From assembly GCA_951406725.2 (NCBI GenBank), contig OX597817.1, forward strand, positions 100,068,001-100,132,000: DNA of 64,000 nucleotides. The letters are read 5' to 3'. The stretch comes from Octopus vulgaris. Taxonomy: Eukaryota. Both the position numbers and the translations under genes were made by a program. Position 1 is the first letter of the stretch, and each line of letters begins with the position of its first letter. The notes under the pieces were generated by a model. It worked only from the letters and a program-made list of their open reading frames with translations. It had not been told where the DNA came from and did no database searches. Below, piece after piece: positions 27,781-42,845 of this stretch.

Positions 27781-28066
27781 CTCTTTTACTTGTTTCAGTC
27801 ATTTGACTGCGGCCATGCTGAAGCACCGCATTTAGTCGAGCAAATCGACCCCAGGACTTATTCTTTGTAAGCCTAGTACTTATTCTATCGTCTCTTTTGC
27901 CGAACCGCTAAGTTACGGGGACGTAAACACACCACCATCGAGGGAAGGCTTTGGTCGGCCTGAGGCTATAGTAGAAGACACTTGCCCAAGGTGCCACGTA
28001 GTGGGAATGAACCCGGAACCATGTCGTTGGGAAGCAAGCTACTTACCACACAGCCACTCCTACGCC
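27781..28066 (-). mobile_element. tRNA-SINE copy with an internal deletion
   Basis: Reverse complement of the head and tail of 7346-7739. Confidence 0.8.
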
Positions 28067-30412
28067 TATATAAAAAAAATAAAAATTATATAGGCATATG
28101 GCATATTTCTACAGAAGTGTACCCCTCCATTGATTTTGTTTTCTCATAACTTCTTGAAAAATGGATATTTTTTAATGAAATTTTATATAAATACACTTCA
28201 GATGGTCTAGATTCCGATTATTGCGGAATTTATTGTAAAATACTTTTTCCAAAAGTGGGGAGAGAAGTTTCCGAAAATTCTCACGAGTCGGTTTGTAGAT
28301 AGTAATTATATCGAAATTTAATAAAAACAAAAACAAATGTTGGACTCCCACACACGACATATCTACTAAATGAAACTTGAAATTTCGAAAGAAATTGATG
28401 TATTTTTTACATTAATTTCCGATATAATGGTAATCTACACCATTTGATGGGTATTTGTAGAAAATTTCATCAATACGCACAGAAAGACAAAATAGGCAGA
28501 ACAAGGGGAGACACGTGGGACAGAATGTAATTGAAGAGGTAACAGTGTGTGTGTGTGTGTGTGTGAGACGAAAGAACTTTGACAAGTAAACTAAAAATGA
28601 TAAAGCTAAAGTGAAGATCAAATAAATGGTGTGTGTTTAAACGGCAAAAGATGACCGTCCCCAAGCAAAACAATATAGGTGGGGTGGGGCAAAATTAATA
28701 ACCGGAGTAAAATGAGTAAACTGTAAGTTCTCGTTATTTTCTCCCAAGCTGTTTGAAATCATTATATTGCAAGTATTGCATAATCTTTTGAAAAGTTACT
28801 AATTATTGAAGTTGAGAGCGTATTTAATGAAGCTGGTAAGGATTCGGTGAAAATAGATAAACAATGCAAATTGGACAAACCCAGTAGTTACATAATGGGG
28901 TATGTTCATTGGAGATGTCTTAGTATTAAGTTCTCAGGAATCCAATAGTTATCGGTCCAAATACATATAAATATATGATGGTGGAACTAGACGAAATGAA
29001 ATATGTCCATTGAAAGTATATATGCAAAAGGCCATTGCAGATGTATTTTGAAGAAGTAAAAAAATGTTTCCTTCAAGTTCCTCCTGTTAGAAGGGCTAAT
29101 TGGCATTCGTGTGATAGTATTATAACATGTATTTGACCATAGGAATTTTACTAATCCTGCTCATCGTTATGTCGAATTCCAAGAACAAAAACTTGAAGCT
29201 GTTGCGTTATACTTTTAATGAACTTTTCAATAGTCAGTTGAAAGAATTTTAGTGGAGATGACGCAATGATGTACGAGCATTTTTAAAGTTTTCGCTTGTA
29301 AATTACGGTAGTTGAAGATTTGCAAATTGAAAAAAAATTAAGGTGAATTTTTTTTAAATCGTTGACACATCGTAGATATTTTTAGAGAGTTACTTCCCTT
29401 ATATAAAAGCGAAAAAAATGCATTAAAATGGAAAAATATGATGGTAAATTTTTTTAAATCGTAGACTCATCGTAGACGCGCGCTAATACCCAGAAGGGCT
29501 CGATATGAATCACGACTATAAGATACCCGCTTTTGGTTAAACTGCACCGCAAAATGTGGGAGTAATTACGAATGTAAATCGAAGGGGACAGACACACAAC
29601 TTCACTCTTATATAAAGATGCTTTTTTTTTCAGTCATAGAGTTAGATTTATGAAGGTCTTCAGTAGAAAATCCTTCGAATTCTGACTCGCTGCTTGGTAT
29701 AATGAAATTCGTATCCATTTTTTGTCAGAATTACAAATTTTGAAAACACAATAGGAACAAATTTCGGAAAAAAATCTCCCATAATTCACGGAATTAAAAT
29801 TACACTTCGATTTTTGTACAAAACTGTATTTGAAGTGTTTACGAAGTATAATACGGGTTTTCCCGAATGTAATAAAGAAATTTACTCTGATATTCTCATT
29901 TAAATATGAATAGGTAAATTCGGGCGGTTTGGTAACGAAAGGGTTTATATAAGTGTCGTCTGTTTATACATAAACACTGTTTCATACTTTCAGTTTAGTC
30001 TTCCTCAAATCACTGTCGCTAATTTACTCTCTTCCAAGAACATTTTCACTCAGTCTTATCTGTTAGCTTCCCATACATTTTACTCATGTATTTATCAGCG
30101 TCATAGACAGAAACAAATATTACATTTACTTTCATTTTATTCGTTGCCCACTGTGTGTGTGCGTTTGCGTGTGGTGTAAACCAGACTAAGAAAAGCATTT
30201 GACACACACACCAGAATGTGAGTTTTCTGTAAATTTTGCTTAATTGGAGTTTAAATTTTAAAAACTGGACCTGGCATGACGCGATGCATTGTACTCTTAA
30301 AAATGCCAGGTAAATTGTAATTGAAGAAATCCTATATTGTAGATTTGTATAACTCCCAAAGGGAGGCAGATAAAATCTGCCTTTTATAATAAGAGATGTA
30401 TATATATATATA

Positions 30413-31039
30413 CTAGCAGTATCGCCCGGCGTTGCTCGGGTTTGTAAGGGAAATAACTATATAAGCATTTTTAGAGAGTTATAGCCAAAAAATGCATTAA
30501 AAATGGAAAAAATATGATGGTAAATTTTTTTTTAAATCGTTGACTCATCGTAGACATTTTTAGAGAGTTACTTCCCTTATATAATAGCGAAAAAATGCAT
30601 TAAAATGGAAAAAAAACGATGGTAAATTTTTTTTTAAATCATAGACTCATGTAGACGCTTTCTTAGCCATTTCTGTTTTGGTGTCTTCAAGCCATGAAGT
30701 CGTTGTTCTAAAAGAACACTGGTCTCCTTGACAACGCATTAGGACGTTGATTTCCTTACACTCCCTTCCCCACAGGTGCAGGTGTGAGCGTGGACGCCAA
30801 CTCCGCCGCCATCGACACACGAAAAATTATGCATTAAAATGGAATAAAAAATGATGTTAAATTATTTTTAAAATCGTAGACTCATCGTAGACGCGCGCTA
30901 ATATTCAGACGGGCTCGATATGAATCACGACTATAAGCTACCCGAATTTGGTTAAACTGTACCGCAAAATGTGGGAGTAGTTAGGAATCTAAATCGAAGG
31001 GGACAGACACTCACACAACTACAGTTTTATATATATAGA
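30413..31039 (-). mobile_element. Non-autonomous Helitron
   Basis: Minus strand A|TC...CCCGAGCAACGCCGGGC hairpin...CTAG|T; a related partial copy lies at about 29330-29619. Confidence 0.8.
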
Positions 31040-31044
31040 TATAC

Positions 31045-31650
31045 ATAGCGCAGTAGTGGTGAGATGTGACAGCAAAGAAAAGCATACATTCACTCTCTGC
31101 ATGCAATTAGACTCGGAAAGTTCGTGAGGAACCCATTGACCCAATTTGCTGACTTTTCCGATAGCACACAGGTCTCAATGAATGGTTGAATGACCAAATC
31201 CAAGCTTCTCTGCTAGTTCCTCAACAGTTACGATGAGATTTTGTTCCACCAGGGTTTTCAGGATGTCCTTGTCGAGTTCTACAGATCTTTCAGGATGAGG
31301 CTCGTCTTCTAGGCTGTAGTTTATGGCTCGGAATTTCTGGAACCACCATTGACACTACCTTACGCTTATTGTCCAATCCCCATATACTGCATTAATATTT
31401 CTTGTACTTTCCGTTGCGTTGTTGTCTTTATTGAACTCATAAAGCAAAATATGCCAAATATGCTCCTTTGTTACTTCCAACATAGCTTTGAAAAAAATAG
31501 CTGTTAAAATCGAAATGCACTCTTCAAAACTTGCACTATGAATAAGGACAAGATAAAATTACTACCTGCTTTTATAGCAAGTTAATATAAGTAGTTTATC
31601 CCATTCCCCTCTGACTTTTAGTTCAAGCTGTTGAAAAAACCGCATTATTA
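31045..31650 (-). mobile_element. Mariner transposase 5' fragment (HTH region)
   Basis: From ATG 31483: MLEVTKEHIWHILLYEFNK...WFQKFR...LEDEPH...GQWVPHELSE, with stops; truncated at the Helitron. Confidence 0.8.
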
Positions 31651-31894
31651 TATATATATACATACATACATACATACATATACACACACACTCTCTCTCT
31701 CTCACACACATGCACACATTTATATTCTGTTATTCTTTTATATGTTTCAGCCTTGAGGTTGTGGCCATGCTGGATCATGTGTGTGTGTGTGTGTGTGTGT
31801 CTATCTGTCTGTCTGTCTGTATGTATATATGTATATGTATGTGTGTGAATAATAATATTTTCAACAGATGTGTTGCAAATGTATCTGATTGTTC

Positions 31895-32280
31895 TCAAGC
31901 TTCAAATTTACTCTCTTCCAAGAACATTTTCACTCACTCTTATTTGTTAGCTTCCCATACATTTTACTCATGTATCTATCAGCGTTCATGGACAGTAACA
32001 AATATTACATCTAGTTTCATTTTATTCGTTGCCCACTGTGTGTGTGCGTTTGCGTGTGCTGTAAACCAGACTAAGAAAAGCATTTGACACACACACCAGA
32101 ATGTGAGTTTTCTGTAAATTTTGCTTAATTGGAGTTTAAATTTTAAAAACTGGAGCTGGCATGACGCGATGCATTGTACTCTTAAAATTGCTAGGTAAAT
32201 TGTAATTGAAGAAATCCTATATTGTAGATTTGTATAACTCCCAAAGGGAGGCAGATAAAATCTGCCTTTTATAATAAGAG
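31895..32280 (-). mobile_element. Helitron-like 5' module family (further copies at about 30020-30397 (-) and 34866-35135 (+))
   Basis: Three near-identical copies ending in TCTCTTATTATAAAAGGCAGATTTTATCTGCCT, which contains a hairpin. Confidence 0.6.
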
Positions 32281-32472
32281 ATATATACATATGTATATAC
32301 ATATATATATATATCATATATACATACATATATATATATACATACATATATATATACATACATATATACATACATATATATATACATACACATATATATA
32401 TACATACATATATACATACATATATATATACATACACATATATATATACATATATATAAATATATATATACA

Positions 32473-33420
32473 TACTGCATCAAATGCCCAAATTGTGAAG
32501 AAATATATGTAGGTCAGACGGGAAACGCACTATTAGAACGCTCACGTGTACACCGACAACAGATTAGAGACCCAGAGGTCCGTCAGATACCTTTGAGTAA
32601 CCACCTAGCAACATGTGGTCGGAAAATATATATAATATTTCCATTCTACAAATTACACAGCCCAAGTGAAATCGAGAGGAAAATCAGAGAAAAGAATTTT
32701 ATTGATAAATTCGAACCCAAGCTAAATAAGCAATAATAATAATACTTAGAGGTATTACTTCCACTGCTACGACCATGACCACTAACAACAACAACAATAC
32801 TAAAGGTGATCAAGACGAAGATAGCAGGAAAATTATCTTATTTAGGGTTAAAAGTTCTATTGCCACCACCATCACCACTAGCAACAATAATTAAGGTGCT
32901 GACAATGATGATGATGACAATTGAAATATAAAAATATAAAAATCTCTGACAAAGGATATTTAGAACATTTCTAAAAATAACCCAACAATTGCTGCTTCGG
33001 CCAGGGTCAAGATACAGGACTCTTGACCTGTCCAACAAAGCGTGATGCCTAAACCAATCAGCTCAACCAACCAATCAGCTTAAGTAATTGAGTGATACTA
33101 CACACTGATTGGTCAGAATACAGTTTGCAAAACCTAGCACTCTGGAGCCTACCCAGCTGTATTTATAGCACAGAATCACTCATCTTGCTACAGTCAAAAA
33201 TTGTGAAGCATGACTGTCAACACTACTACATGAACCCGAAGATTGCAGAATTCAATGCATGAAAGTACTAGTTCAATCAGAATGAATATTTAACATTCTA
33301 CTATTTCATTTTATTTTATTCAATTATAATATATTATCTTATAATATATCATTATAAGATTGTAAATAAAACGTGAAAATCAGACAAGGTTGGAATTCTT
33401 TTTATTAATATATTCTTCTA
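32473..33420 (+). mobile_element. Penelope-like element 3' end: open GIY-YIG endonuclease frame (32473-32736) plus pLTR with hammerhead
   Basis: [34 protein letters not shown]...SNHL...[19 protein letters not shown] (87 codons, no ATG, absent from the ORF track); flanked by (TA)n tracts. Confidence 0.88.
33231..33275 (+). ncRNA. Minimal type-I hammerhead ribozyme (U4C variant)
   Basis: TGAAC CCGAAGA t TGCA gaattcaa TGCA t GAAA GTAC TA GTTCA; about 500 bp downstream of a PLE GIY-YIG stop codon. Confidence 0.75.
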
Positions 33421-33437
33421 TACACAATCACACACAC

Positions 33438-34853
<1,416 letters not shown>

Positions 34854-35370
34854 TCTCTTATTATAATCTCTTATTATAAAAGGCAGATTTTATCTGCCTC
34901 CCTTTGGGAGTTATACAAATCTACAATATAGGATTTCTTCAATTACAATTTACCTGGCATTTTTAAGAGTACAATGCATCGCGTCATGCCAGGTCCAGTT
35001 TTTAAAATTTAAACTCCAATTAAGCAAAATTTACAGAAAACTCACATTCTGGTGTGTGTGTCAAATGCTTTTCTTAGTCTGGTTTACACCACACGCAAAC
35101 GCACACACACAGTGGGCAACGAATAAAATGAAAGTAATTGACTTACTGTAGTGAGTGATTCTTTCACTCTGCCTCCCACTTCCTCTTTCCACACATAGAC
35201 ACGCAAATATATAAATAAAATTGGAAGCTAACGTGCGTGTGTGTGAGTGTGTGTGTGTGGGTGTGCGCGTGTGTGTGTCTGTGAGTGTGTGTGTGTGTGT
35301 GCGTGTGCGTGAGTGTGTGACAGGAAAGTTTTTTACGACGAATATAACACCTATATCCAAGTAGCAGAAA

Positions 35371-35635
35371 GATAAGACAGTAAGGTGTGATTTGAGGGAG
35401 ATTTGGCTGCTATTTCTACCATGTCTAGCTGCCATGTAGGGGTCTCCCTCATAGGCTCATACATACATATATACATAGATAAGACAGAAAGGTGTGATTT
35501 GGGGGAAATTTGGCTGCTATTTCTACCAGGTCTAGCTACCATGTAGAGGTCCCCCTCATTGCCTCATATATATATACATACATAAGACAGTAAGGTGTGA
35601 TTTGAGGGAGATTTGGCTGCTGTTTCTACCAGGTC
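35371..35635 (+). repeat. ~105-bp tandem repeat, about 2.5 copies
   Basis: ataagacagtaaggtgtgatttgagggagatttggctgctatttctacc begins at about 35371, 35479 and 35582. Confidence 0.85.
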
Positions 35636-36001
35636 TGTTAGGCCTTCTCATGTAAACTCAAGCTTTCTCATGCCTTGAACATAAGACCAAAGCAGAGAAT
35701 GTATTCTTTTATTCTTCTGCTTTTTCCAGCCATTGGTCTGTGGCCATGCTGGGGCAATGCCTTGAAGAATTGTAGTTTAATGAATCAACTCCACTTTTAT
35801 TTTTGTAAGCATTGTACTTATTCTATCTGTTTCCTTTGTCAAACCACTAGGTGACAGGGATGTAAACAAACCAACATTCGTTGTCAAGCAGTGGTGGAGG
35901 ACAATCACAAGCACAGACACGCACACACACACACATACATGCATACACATATACACACATACATACATACATACATATATATATATGTGTGTATATATAT
36001 A

Positions 36002-36260
36002 TTGCAGCGTGGAAGGTGTTTGTAAGCCATTTAAGAAACACACAAAAACCGTTACATTCACTTCAACATTTAAATTTAATTTGCCAAAATATTTTCGTCG
36101 CTTTGAGACCGCGACCTGTTCACTGACAAAAATATCGTGCTAACAGGTCGCGGTCTCAAAGCGACGAAAATATTTTGACAAATTAAATTTAAATGTTGAA
36201 GTGAATCTAACGGTTTTTGTGTGTTTCTTAAATGGCTTATAAACACCTTCAACGCTGCAA
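36002..36260. repeat. Near-perfect palindrome (~119-bp arms, 21-bp spacer); inverted PLE-LTR pair
   Basis: 36002-36120 is the reverse complement of 36142-36260 with a few mismatches. Confidence 0.9.
36080..36130 (-). ncRNA. Minimal type-I hammerhead with G3-C8 swapped core
   Basis: Minus strand: TTTGTCA GTGAACA g GTCGC ggtctcaaa GCGAC GAAA ATAT TT TGGCAAA. Confidence 0.65.
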
Positions 36261-36420
36261 CTGTTTTCGTTCCAGCACACGATCTCAGATCAAGTCACTT
36301 GCTATGCAAGTACATCTCTGTAACTATATATATATTTATATATATATATATGTATATTGGTAAAAACAGTAAGATAACAAAAGAAAGAAAGAGATCTCAA
36401 TATTATGTAAATAGAGGAAA

Positions 36421-36815
36421 TCTTTATATATAAAAGTGAGGTTGTGTGTCTGTCTCCTACGATTTAGATTCCTAACTACTCCCACATTTTGCGGTGCAGT
36501 TTAACCAAAACCGGGTATCTTATAGTCGTGATTCATATCGAGACCGTCTGGGTATTAGCGCGCGTCTACGATGAGTCTACGATTTAAAAAAAAATTTACC
36601 ATCAATTTTTCCCATTTTTAATCCATTTTTGACATATATAAGGGAAGTAACTCTCTAAAATTTATTATTAAATCTCAGAACGTAAAAAGCTACAGTAACA
36701 CCCCTCCCCCTTTGTGGTTAGCCATATTGAGATGGCTATTATACTTTACATCTCTAAAAATGCTTATATAATTATTTCCCTTACAAACCCGAGCAACGCC
36801 GGGCGATACTGCTAG
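36421..36815 (+). mobile_element. Non-autonomous Helitron
   Basis: A|TCTTTATATA...CCCGAGCAACGCCGGGCGATACTGCTAG|T. Confidence 0.85.
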
Positions 36816-36915
36816 TATATATATATATGTATATATATGTATATATATATATATGTATATATATGTATGTATATATATATGTATATGTATATATATGTAT
36901 GTATATATATATATG

Positions 36916-36979
<64 letters not shown>

Positions 36980-36980
<1 letters not shown>

Positions 36981-37359
36981 CTCTATATAAACAGCAGTTT
37001 GTCTGTGCGTTTTCTGTGTGTCTGTTTTCTCGTACCCTCACTCTGACCACGGCTTTCAACCGATTCTGATGAAACTTGACACACACATAGCCCAATGTCA
37101 TAATTCAAAACTAACGCAGCGAAAATTTTGAAAAGTTCCCCCAGTTCTGAAAAAAATCGATAAATTCGACATGGGGTCGAGAATCAGAAACCCAAACCAC
37201 AGACCGTCTAGGGGACGCAACTCCACCTTTTTTAACTCTCAAAAAAAATTTACCATCATTTTTTCCCCATTTTTTTGCTATTTTTTGGCTATAACTCTCT
37301 AAAAATGCTTTATAGTTATTTCCCTTACAAACCTGAGCAACGCCGGGCGATACTGCTAG
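36980..37359 (+). mobile_element. Non-autonomous Helitron (chimeric)
   Basis: A|TCTCTATATAA...hairpin...CTAG|T; the 5' part is shared with 38122-38941 and the 3' part with 36421-36815. Confidence 0.8.
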
Positions 37360-37503
37360 TGTATATATATATGTATGTATATATATATGTATATATATAT
37401 GTATGTATATATATATGTATATATATGTATATATATATGTATGTATATATATATATGTATATATATATGTATGTATATATATATATGTATATATATATGT
37501 ATG

Positions 37504-37578
<75 letters not shown>

Positions 37579-37625
37579 GTATGTATATATATATATATGT
37601 ATATATATATATGTATATATATATG

Positions 37626-37670
<45 letters not shown>

Positions 37671-37894
37671 GTATATATATATATTATATATATGTATATG
37701 TATGTATATATATGTATATGTATGTATATATATGTATATGTATATATATATATGTATATGTATATATATATGTATGTATGTATATATATATGTATATATA
37801 TATATATGTATGTATATATGTATGTATATATATATATGTATGTATATATATATGTATATGTATGTATATATATATATGTATATATATATGTATG

Positions 37895-37927
<33 letters not shown>

Positions 37928-38130
37928 GTATGTATGTATATATATGTATGTATATATGTATGTATATATATATATGTATGTATATATATATATGTATGTA
38001 TATATATATATGTATGTATATGTATATATATATATGTATGTATATGTATATATATGTATGTATATATATATATGTATGTATGTATATATATATATGTATG
38101 TATATATATATGTATGTATATATATATATA
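37360..38130. repeat. Compound (TA)n/(TATG)n microsatellite
   Basis: Read directly from the sequence. Confidence 0.95.
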
Positions 38131-38941
38131 TACGGCAGTTTGTCTGTCTGTGTGTCTGTCAGGTTGTACCCTCACCTTGACCACGGCTTTCAACCGATTC
38201 TGATGAAACTTGACACACACATTGCCCAATGTCATAATTCAAAACTAACGCAGCGAAAATTTTGAAAAGTTCCCCCAGTTCTTAAAAAAAATTGATAAAT
38301 TCGACATGAGGTCGAGAATCTAAGCTTCTTATATGCAACACATTTTCTGTTGTAGTTTTCGCAACTTGCAATCGATTTTCACCAAACTCATGGTGAAGCT
38401 TAATGTTACCCTAAGAAACTTATTTCTGACGTTAGTTTTCCATGCAATACCTTACCATCAGAAAAAATCGATAAAATCATACCATTTTGGGAAATCGCGT
38501 TCAAATTCAAGATGACATATTTTCGACAATATCTTTCACAAATTGGCAGGAATTTTTTTTTTAAATTCACAGCGAGCATCATGTCTGCTCCAAGGAGCTA
38601 TATGGCCCTTTTTATTCCAATAGGATACTTTATTACTGGAAAAAATCGGTTAATTAAATCATATGTGGCACACATAGCAAACCGATTTGTGTATTAAACA
38701 CAAACCACAGACTGTCTAGGGGACGCAACTCGACCTTTTTAACTCTCTTGGGAGGTGCAATGATGTTTTCGCCCAAAGGGACAGCTAGGAACATCGTATA
38801 CACAGAAGTATTCGAGTGAAGAGAAGACATTGCAACCTACACATGCGCCTTCGTTCCCTAGGGGGAAAGGACGAGACTGGGGTTAGTCGTTGCCTACTAG
38901 GGGATCTTACATACCCGGGCAACGCCGGGCTATGCTGCTAG
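38122..38941 (+). mobile_element. Non-autonomous Helitron
   Basis: 3' end CCCGGGCAACGCCGGGC...GCTAG|T; the 5' end is lost in a microsatellite. Confidence 0.75.
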
Positions 38942-41699
38942 TTTATATATATATATATATAAATATATGTTTGTGTGTGTGTGTATCTTTGTCCCCTACC
39001 ACAGCTTGACAACTGAGGATCGATTTCTTCGACTAAATCCTTCAAAGCGGTTCCCCAGCGTGACCTCAGTCTGAAACAAATAAAAGACGACCAATGATCG
39101 AAGACATTTCAGTCTAGCCATCTCGTCTCTAGAACTAGGACCGCATAGATTTTGTCTGATACTGTGCCTCTTCCCATCTTTTTTTCCAGTTGTTAATTTT
39201 GCATTTAATGTAAGAAAAGGAGGGGAATTAAATGCATCATTACAATGAGAAACTTGAAATAAAAACCATCAGAAAATACAAAATAAGAACTAGATTTCTA
39301 CACTTTCATTTTGCTCATTCTGCTCACTTCTAGGAATCTTTTGCATTACTTTCACATTTTAATTCTTGGAAAACTGAAAGTTATTTTTTTTTTTATCTAA
39401 TTCAACAATTATCATTTTACTGTGGCAAAATGTAACTGTAATCTTAGTAGTACATTTACTTTTAGATATTTTATTTCATATTGCAGTTCGAAACAAGGAA
39501 CGAAAAATCAGACAATTTAATTTATTCACTTGTGTATAGAACAAATAAATATGCATTTATTTATCCGTACATATATTGTTGTTGCACTAGTTGGCTTTTT
39601 TACAAAATATCCATGCAAAATAATGAAAACAATGCATATTTAATGAAGTATCGAACTGTTTCACTTATTTTATCTTTTACTTGCTTCATTCATTGGGATT
39701 GCGTCAGTGCTGGGGCACATAGTGCTCAATTTGAAATCATAGAGTTGCATGTAAGAATATTAAAATATTCCTGTACTTGAATGCTACCTTGTTTTTCGAC
39801 CCCGGGAGAATAAAACGGTAGCTTTTACGACAGTATCTCATTTTATTAATGTAATTACAAAATTTTACCGCTTCAAGTATGAACATATTCTTCCATCACC
39901 TGTTGAATACATTATTTTAATTTTGTTCAGTTGAGATTGATGGATTGGTAACAATGTGTTCCGACTCTTTCTTTTTGTTCTGAGTTCAGATCCCGTTGAG
40001 GTCAACATTGCTTTTTCATCTTTTCGGGTTGATAAAATAAAGTATGCGTCGATTTTTAAGGTCTGAGAATATTCAATAATTAAAGTACATCGACGAGGTT
40101 TGCGTAGGGAGCTAGATGGTGGTACATGACCATAATTTTAAGCGGAAATAATCAGAAAGTCCTTAACCAGTAAGAATATTTAACTCTATGCAGGTTGTTT
40201 TCAGTTTATTTAAAGTAATTGGTGTAAAACGAGAGAAAGGCCTCTTGATAACCGTTACAAGCGATCTCGAGGCATAAAACTTTATGCAAGGATTTTATCT
40301 GTTTACTAGGTTTCATTTTTGTAGGTATTTTCAGTTTTATTAACATCACTAGTTGTCATATTTCTGTGTTTACTAGCTGAAACAACTGACTGCATACTCA
40401 TGGATTCTCCGTAGAATTTTATTCTTCTGTACAATTTTAAATGATAGGATCACCAAGATGTGCCCCCAAAATTCAGAGTCAATATAAAGTCACCCGTTAA
40501 CGAAAAAAAAAAAATAGTTTGCTGGGTGTTAACAACTGTGTAGAAAACGAATACGAAAAAAAATTAGGGTTAATGTTTAGATCTTGACCCGGAAATGAAA
40601 ATAAAAAAAAATACTGGAATGGATGTAAAACAATGTGTAGGAAACGAATATAAAAAAAAAATGCGCGCAAAGCATTCGGAGAATTCATAATATCCGAGTT
40701 TTCCCCTCATAACTTTTAGGAAAATGGGGCTCTTTCAATGAAACTTTATAGAAATACCATTCAAACGGCATACCTTGCGATTGTAAAGAAATTTGTGGGG
40801 AAAATCTTTTCCAAGGGGTGGGGAGAGGACTTCGGAAAATTCACAAAATCCGAGTTTTTCCGTCATAACTTTTAGGAAAATGGTTTTTTCAATGAAATTT
40901 TATATAAATACATTTGAAATGGCATACATTATGACTATAAAGTAATTTCTGGGTATCTTGTGAATTTTCCGAAGACCTCTCCCCACTCTCCCGTTGCTTT
41001 GCGCGCATTTTTTTCACTTCGTCACAGTATTTCTTTGCTATTTTTACTTTTCTTTTTTCAAAAGAGCTTGCTGTTATTTCTGCACTCATATTTTTTATAA
41101 CTTTCAAAATAAAATATAAAACAAAAGATAAACACTTTAATTTCACATGAATTACTGCGGGAAATTACTCTGAAAGAAATCTTTGCAGAAAGGTGAGTAG
41201 ATTGATTACATATTTCTTTCATTATGTTATCGCAGTTTTGTGAGATTTGGCTGTTATTTCTAGCATGTGGATAGCCTGCTTGAAGGCTAAGGCCGTAGAA
41301 TTGGGAGGTGGTTGGGGATATTTTTTTTTTTGAAAAATTGAAATTCTACAAACAACTTTTGGTAAAATTACAGATTAACACCCGCACGATTTTCACTAAG
41401 GAAAAAAAAAAAAAAACTCGGATTTTTTGCGTGGAATCAAAACGCAAAATTAATATATTTTTTGAAATTGCAAATTATTTAGAATATAAAACAAATGAAG
41501 TTAAATTTTAAAAATAAATGTCATATACTTATTCTCTGTAAGGTGCTGTGTTCACACTTCAATTTACTATTTTATAGAAATGTTGCTTTTCTAATTGAAA
41601 CCATTTTTAATTTGATAAATTCTACGGAATAATTTTGTGCGTTTTTTGATAAATTCTACGTAAAGAATTTAGTGCGAAAAATTTATACATTTATACACA

Positions 41700-42147
41700 A
41701 AGACCTGTTGAGGCAAGCGAAGTTGATATCGAACCTCATCCGACGACAGGCACCCATGCCAACCCCCTTTGCTTGCGAAGACATGTTGGGGCAAGTGAAA
41801 TCGAAATTGAACCAATCCTATGACTGGCACCCGGCAGATGCCAGGACCCCTGGACTGGTGGTACGTAAAAAGCACTATCCGAATCGTGGCCGATGCCAGA
41901 GCCGCCTCGACTGGCACCAATCCGACCGTGGCCGCTGCCAGCCTCGCCTGGCACCTGTGCGGGTGGCATGTAAAAAGCACCCACTACACTCTCGGAGTGG
42001 TTGGCGTTAGGAAGGGCATCCAGCTGTAGAAACTCTGCCAGATCAGATTGGAGCCTGGTGCAGCCTTCTGGCTTCCCAGATCCCCGGTCGAACCGTCCAA
42101 CCCATGCTAGAATGGAGAACGGACGTTAAACGGTGATGATGATGATG
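41700..42147 (+). mobile_element. RTE LINE 3'UTR fragment (CpG-intact, apparently young)
   Basis: Same family as 1265-1828. Confidence 0.7.
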
Positions 42148-42506
42148 TGAAGAAATTAATTCATTACGTTTACCAAATTATATACGTCTGTAAAAAAAAA
42201 AAAAAGTTTCACAAATTATATACGTTCGCGTTTGTGTAAAAAAAATTATTATTTAAGTTTTATGAATTATTTACTTTGTTCAAAAAATATTATTAATATT
42301 AATTAATTTTCAAGAATTATTTAATTTATATAATTAATTCATTAATTTTATTCTGTAAAATAGTAATTAATTCATTTATCTGTAAATCGCTATGTTGTCA
42401 TTCAGGCAGCTAGAAATAGCAGCCAGCCAGGTTTCCCTCCAATAACACTTTATTGTCTTAAAAAGCAGAAAGGTATCTAAAAAATCCGTTTTTTTTTTTG
42501 TTTTTG

Positions 42507-42845
42507 AGGTCAGGTTACTTGATTCCACGCAAAAAATCTGATTTTTTTTTTCCATGTGAAAGTTCCGGGGGAGGGGGGGTGTTCCCCCCCCCTTTCCGGA
42601 CCAAAATATGGGATTTGCAGCATATTAGGAGGTCAGGGTACTTGATTCCACGCAAGAAATCTGAGGTTTTTTTTTTTCCCCTGTGAAAATTCCGGGGGGG
42701 GTTACCGGAGCAATTCCGGACCAAAATATGGGATTTGCAGCATATTAGGAGGTCAGGGTACTTGATTCCACGCAAAAAATCCGAGTTTTTTGTTTTTTTT
42801 CTTAGTGAAAATCGTGTGGGTATTAATCTGTAATTTTACCCAACT
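42507..42845 (+). repeat. ~120-bp modular tandem repeat (3 starts), with inverted relatives at about 41370-41445 and 45180-45690
   Basis: ggtcagggtacttgattccacgcaaaaaatc at about 42508, 42631 and 42751; reverse-complement modules elsewhere. Confidence 0.7.
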
